From Myxococcota bacterium (lineage in GTDB: Bacteria; Myxococcota; Myxococcia; Myxococcales; Myxococcaceae), in NCBI GenBank assembly GCA_046725335.1, contig JBKOYI010000109.1:1-48039 (forward strand): a stretch of DNA of 48,039 nucleotides. The letters are read 5' to 3'. The notes beneath the pieces are model-generated. The model saw only the letters and a list, made by a program, of their open reading frames with translations. It had not been told where the DNA came from and did no database searches. Position 1 is the first letter of the stretch. Each line of letters opens with the position of its first letter. The translations under genes and the position numbers were made by a program. This document shows positions 44,602-48,039 of the stretch, in pieces.

Positions 44602-45420
44602 TCACCCCTGTCCGAGGCGGGAAGCCACCCGGGTGGCCTCTTCCACGGCGCGGGCCAGCACCGATCGGATGCGCCCGTCCTCCAGGGTGAGGAGCCCGGC
44701 AATGGTGCAGCCGGCCGGCGTCGTCACCTGGTCCTTGAGGGCCGCGGGATGTAGCCCGGTCTGGAGCACCATCCTCGCCGAGCCCTGAAGCATCTGGGCG
44801 GCGATCTCCATGGCCACGTCCCGGCGCAAGCCCATCATCACCCCGCCCTCGGCCAGCGACTCCATGATGACGTAGGCGAAGGCCGGCCCGCTGGCGTTGA
44901 GACTGGTGACCACGTCCATGTGGCGGTCCTCCAGCTCGATGCACCGGCCGACCGCCTGGAACAGTCGTAAGGCCGTCGCCGCATGGGCCTCGGTCGCCAG
45001 ATGTCCGCGGGCAATGACCGTCATCCCCTCGCCGATGAGGCAGGGGGTGTTGGGCATCGCCCGAACCAGCGCGCTCTCGGGGAGCCAGCGCTGCAGTTGT
45101 TCCAGCCGCACGCCCGCGGCCACGCTCACCACCAGCTTGCCGCGGAGAGCCTCCCGCATCTCCGGGCGATCGAGCACCGAGGCCAAGTGCTGCGGTTTGA
45201 GGCACACCAGGGTGGTGCCGGCCTCGCGCGCCACGGCCAGGTTGTCCAGCCCAGTTCGGATGCCATGCCGAGTCGCCAGCGCCTCGGCCGCCTCCTGACG
45301 CCGGGTGGTGGCGAGCAACCGAGAAGGCGTAATGCTGCCCGAGCTCAGAAGCCCGCGGACGATTGCCTCGCCCACGGTGCCACAACCCAGGACACCCAGA
45401 GTACCGTTGTCGTCCAGCAT
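44602..45420 (-). CDS. proC: pyrroline-5-carboxylate reductase
   Basis: NADP site LGVLGCGTVGEAI, plus VRAMPNTPCLIGEGMT, SGPAFAYVIMESLAEGGV and TTPAGCTIAGL. Confidence 0.92.
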   Translation of the reverse strand: MLDDNGTLGVLGCGTVGEAIVRGLLSSGSITPSRLLATTRRQEAAEALATRHGIRTGLDNLAVAREAGTTLVCLKPQHLASVLDRPEMREALRGKLVVSVAAGVRLEQLQRWLPESALVRAMPNTPCLIGEGMTVIARGHLATEAHAATALRLFQAVGRCIELEDRHMDVVTSLNASGPAFAYVIMESLAEGGVMMGLRRDVAMEIAAQMLQGSARMVLQTGLHPAALKDQVTTPAGCTIAGLLTLEDGRIRSVLARAVEEATRVASRLGQG

Positions 45421-46588
45421 GCCCCTGGACCTACCACAGGCCCCATCCCGCTCGTCGCTGACGGGCGCCCAACGCATCGTGGTGAAGCTGGGAACCCAGG
45501 TCGTCACCCACGACGGGCGCTCCCTGGCCCTGGGCCGTGTCATGTCGCTGGTGGAGGAGATGGCCGCCCTCCGGCATCAGGGACGAGAACTGATCCTGGT
45601 CTCCAGCGGGGCGGTGGCGCTGGGAATGCGTCAGCTGGGGCTGGCCGAGCGTCCCCGCTCGCTGGGGCTCCGGCAGGCCTGCGCCGCGGTGGGGCAGGGG
45701 CATCTGATGGCGCTCTACACCTCGGCCTTCGCTCAGCTGGGACTGACCGCCGCCCAGGTTCTCCTCACCGAGGGCGATCTGGGCGACCGTGACCGGGCGC
45801 TCTGCCTGCGGACCACCCTCATGCGACTGCTGCAGTTGAAGACCGTTCCGGTGCTCAACGAGAACGACAGCGTCAGCATCCGCGAGCTGGTGGAGCACCG
45901 CCGAGCGCAGGGTGAGCCCAGCTCCGAGCCGGCGTTCGGGGACAACGACGGGCTGAGCGCACGGGTGGCGGTGGGCATCGATGCCGACCTCTTGGTTCTT
46001 CTCACCGATGTGGAAGGTCTCTACACCGCCGATCCCCGCTCCGATCCCGAGGCCCGACGTCTGGAGACATTGGAAGTCGAGCCGGAGCAGCTCGCGGGGA
46101 AGAGTCCGGGTGGAACCGGGGGGATGGCCAGCAAGCTGGAGGCGGCCCGCTTGGCCACCCGGGCTGGCATCCCCACCGTCATTGCCGCCGGCGCGGAGCC
46201 TTCGGTTCTCCGTCGACTGCTGGCCGGTGAGCCGCTGGGCACCCTGGTTCCGGCTCTGGACCGGCGAGGCGCCCGCCGGCAGCGCATCGCCCTGGCTCCC
46301 CACGCCGGGGCCCTGGTGGCCAACGGAGGTGCGCTGGTGGCCCTGGAGGCTGGGCAGGCTTCGCTGCTCCCCATCGGAGTGGTGGATGTGGAAGGCGACT
46401 TCCGGGAGGGGGAGGTGGTGGAGATCCGCGACGGCTCCGGACGTGTCCGGGGACGGGGGCTGGTCAACTACGACGCCCGCGCCTGCCGCGCCTTGGCTGG
46501 CCGCCACAGCGATGAGATTGAGGATGTGCTGGGCTGGCGTGGTTACGACGCCCTGGTGACGCGGGACAACCTGGTGATGGGCACATGA
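45419..46588 (+). CDS. proB: glutamate 5-kinase (with C-terminal PUA domain)
   Basis: RIVVKLGTQVVT, LVSSGAVALG, FGDNDGLSA and GTGGMASKLEAA, plus a PUA-like C-terminus (GEVVEIRDGSGRVRGRGLVNY). Confidence 0.92.
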   Translation: MPLDLPQAPSRSSLTGAQRIVVKLGTQVVTHDGRSLALGRVMSLVEEMAALRHQGRELILVSSGAVALGMRQLGLAERPRSLGLRQACAAVGQGHLMALYTSAFAQLGLTAAQVLLTEGDLGDRDRALCLRTTLMRLLQLKTVPVLNENDSVSIRELVEHRRAQGEPSSEPAFGDNDGLSARVAVGIDADLLVLLTDVEGLYTADPRSDPEARRLETLEVEPEQLAGKSPGGTGGMASKLEAARLATRAGIPTVIAAGAEPSVLRRLLAGEPLGTLVPALDRRGARRQRIALAPHAGALVANGGALVALEAGQASLLPIGVVDVEGDFREGEVVEIRDGSGRVRGRGLVNYDARACRALAGRHSDEIEDVLGWRGYDALVTRDNLVMGT

Positions 46589-47865
46589 ACGAGGTCGCTG
46601 AGCGGGTGGGGCGCGCGGTCCGGGCCGCCGGGGTGTTGGCTCGGGCAGAAGCCGCGGCGCGGACTGCGGTCCTGGAGCGGTTGGCCACGGAGCTCGATTC
46701 GCCGGAGGTTCGGAGCGCTGTCCTGGCCGCCAACCAGCTCGACCGGAGCCAGGCCGCAGGGCTTCCGCCAGCACTGGTCAAGCGCCTGGGGCTCGACGCC
46801 AGCAAGCTCGACGCGCTGGCCGATGGAGCGCGGCAGCTGGCGGCCCGGGCTGACCCGGTGGGCACGGTGCTGGTCCGGCGCCGGCTGGACACCGGGCTCG
46901 TCCTCGAGCAGGTGCGCTGTCCGCTCGGCGTCCTGGCGGTCGTCTTCGAGGCCCGCCCGGACGCGCTGGTCCAGATCGCCTCGCTGGCCATTCGCTCGGG
47001 CAACGGTGTCCTCTTGAAGGGAGGACGGGAGGCGCGGGAATCCAACCGCGCCCTGGCGGCAGTGGTGCGGAGGGCGCTGGCTTCCTGTGGGCTCCCGGAG
47101 GAAGCGCTCCAGCTGCTCGACGAGCGGGCCGAGGTGGAGGCCCTCCTGGGGCTGGAGCGCGGAGTGGACCTGGTGGTGGCCCGCGGCTCGAAGCAGTTCG
47201 TGGAGCACGTCCGTGCCCGGACCGACATTCCCGTACTCGCACACGGGGAAGGGATCTGCCACCTCTTCCTCCACGCCTCGGCCGACCCCACCAAGGCGGC
47301 CCGCATCGGCGTGGACAGCAAGTGCAACTATCCGGCGGCCTGCAACGCGGTGGAGACGCTCCTCTGGGAGCCAGGAGCGGAGGCTGCACTCGAGGCCACC
47401 GTGAAGGCCCTGCGGGCCGAGGGGGTGGAGCTGCGAGGGGATGCCTCGACCCGGACTCGGTACGAATGGATGTCCGCGGCGACCGACGCGGACTGGGACA
47501 CCGAATACGGCGCTCTGGTTCTTTCCATCGCCAAGGTCGATGACCTGGACGGGGCCTTGGTCCACATCGCACGTCACGGCTCGGCCCACACCGAGGCCAT
47601 CGTGGGCGAGGACCGGTCCGCCGCGGAGCGTTTCCTGGCCGAGGTGGATGCGGCCTGCGTCTTCCACAATGCAAGCACGCGCTTCGCCGACGGCTACCGC
47701 TTTGGCCTGGGCGGAGAAGTAGGCATCGGGACGGGAAAGCTGCACGCCCGGGGCCCGGTGGGCGTGGATGGCCTTCTCACCTTCCGTTGGCTGCTCCGGG
47801 GCAGTGGACAGGTGAGTGCCGACTACGGCCCCGGAAAGCGGCCCTTGCTCCACCAGGACGTCTGA
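46585..47865 (+). CDS. proA: gamma-glutamyl phosphate reductase
   Basis: The start overlaps the proB stop (ATGA). Contains NGVLLKGGREA, the catalytic Cys context YPAACNAVETLL, HGSAHTEAIV and NASTRFADGYRFGLGGEVGI. Confidence 0.95.
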   Translation: MNEVAERVGRAVRAAGVLARAEAAARTAVLERLATELDSPEVRSAVLAANQLDRSQAAGLPPALVKRLGLDASKLDALADGARQLAARADPVGTVLVRRRLDTGLVLEQVRCPLGVLAVVFEARPDALVQIASLAIRSGNGVLLKGGREARESNRALAAVVRRALASCGLPEEALQLLDERAEVEALLGLERGVDLVVARGSKQFVEHVRARTDIPVLAHGEGICHLFLHASADPTKAARIGVDSKCNYPAACNAVETLLWEPGAEAALEATVKALRAEGVELRGDASTRTRYEWMSAATDADWDTEYGALVLSIAKVDDLDGALVHIARHGSAHTEAIVGEDRSAAERFLAEVDAACVFHNASTRFADGYRFGLGGEVGIGTGKLHARGPVGVDGLLTFRWLLRGSGQVSADYGPGKRPLLHQDV

Positions 47866-47899
47866 CCCGCGGATTTCCGAGGACGGGCTGCGCCCCCGC

Positions 47900-47918
47900 C
47901 GAGGTGTCAAACACCTCG
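47900..47918 (+). terminator. stem-loop 35 nt after the proA stop
   Basis: CGAGGTGT-CAA-ACACCTCG is a perfect 8-bp stem. No U-tract. It overlaps the first unit of the 28-bp tandem repeat. Confidence 0.35.
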
Positions 47919-47959
47919 TATCGTCAAGCAAGTGTCAAACACCCCGTATCGTCGAGCAA
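47904..47959. repeat. two abutting 28-bp direct repeats (2 mismatches)
   Basis: GTGTCAAACACCTCGTATCGTCAAGCAA (47904-47931) and GTGTCAAACACCCCGTATCGTCGAGCAA (47932-47959). An inverted partial copy GGTGTTTGAC lies at 47990-47999. Confidence 0.85.
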
Positions 47960-48039
47960 GTATCCGTAATACCGGGAGAATTCTTGCAAGGTGTTTGACC
48001 TCGTAAGGGACACCTCGTGGTCCGTGACCGGCCCTGGAC

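Noticed and set aside
44123-45385. 420-aa minus-strand ORF in a different frame from proC and the EcsC-like gene
   Set aside because: It overlaps proC out of frame, and the product is Gly/Arg/Pro-rich. The proC frame carries all conserved P5C reductase motifs.
47904-47959. Possible CRISPR array start (28-bp repeats)
   Set aside because: The two units abut with no spacer, there are only two copies, and no cas genes are in the window.

Overview
High-GC bacterial chromosome segment (roughly two-thirds G+C by eye), densely coding with about 50 genes. Gene content and synteny look Myxococcota-like. There is an origin-proximal block, yidC-jag-mnmE / rsmG-mnmG / parA-parB-bactofilin, with one consensus parS. 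There are also many Ser/Thr-kinase, sigma54 and PAS/GAF signalling genes. Recognisable housekeeping genes are egtB-egtD (ergothioneine), kynA, a SCO1 copper chaperone, nadE, and proC divergent from proB-proA. The F1 ATP synthase genes are split into two opposed loci: atpH-[Ser/Thr kinase]-atpA on the minus strand and atpG-atpD-[unknown ORF]-atpC on the plus strand. An ExbB-ExbD-ExbD proton-motor cluster is also present. I saw no rRNA, tRNA, CRISPR array or clear mobile element. The most unusual items are: (1) a translationally coupled pair of ~600-aa divergent dynamin-like P-loop GTPases, both with DTPD in place of the canonical DxxG switch II, the second one membrane-anchored; (2) a histidine kinase/NtrC pair divergent from two tandem small secreted Lys-rich ORFs, each behind the same -24/-12 sigma54 promoter; (3) a Ser/Thr kinase with periplasmic PEGA and TonB-C domains sitting between atpH and atpA; (4) an REC-like-GAF-PAS-PAS-DHp sensor with no ATPase domain; (5) a degenerate bEBP AAA+ domain fused to a histone-H1-like tail; (6) a 28-bp tandem repeat plus an inverted copy at the right window edge. 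The many long ORFs antisense to these genes are Arg/Gly/Pro-rich and are treated as high-GC artefacts. All family assignments come from motif recognition by eye. No database search was run.
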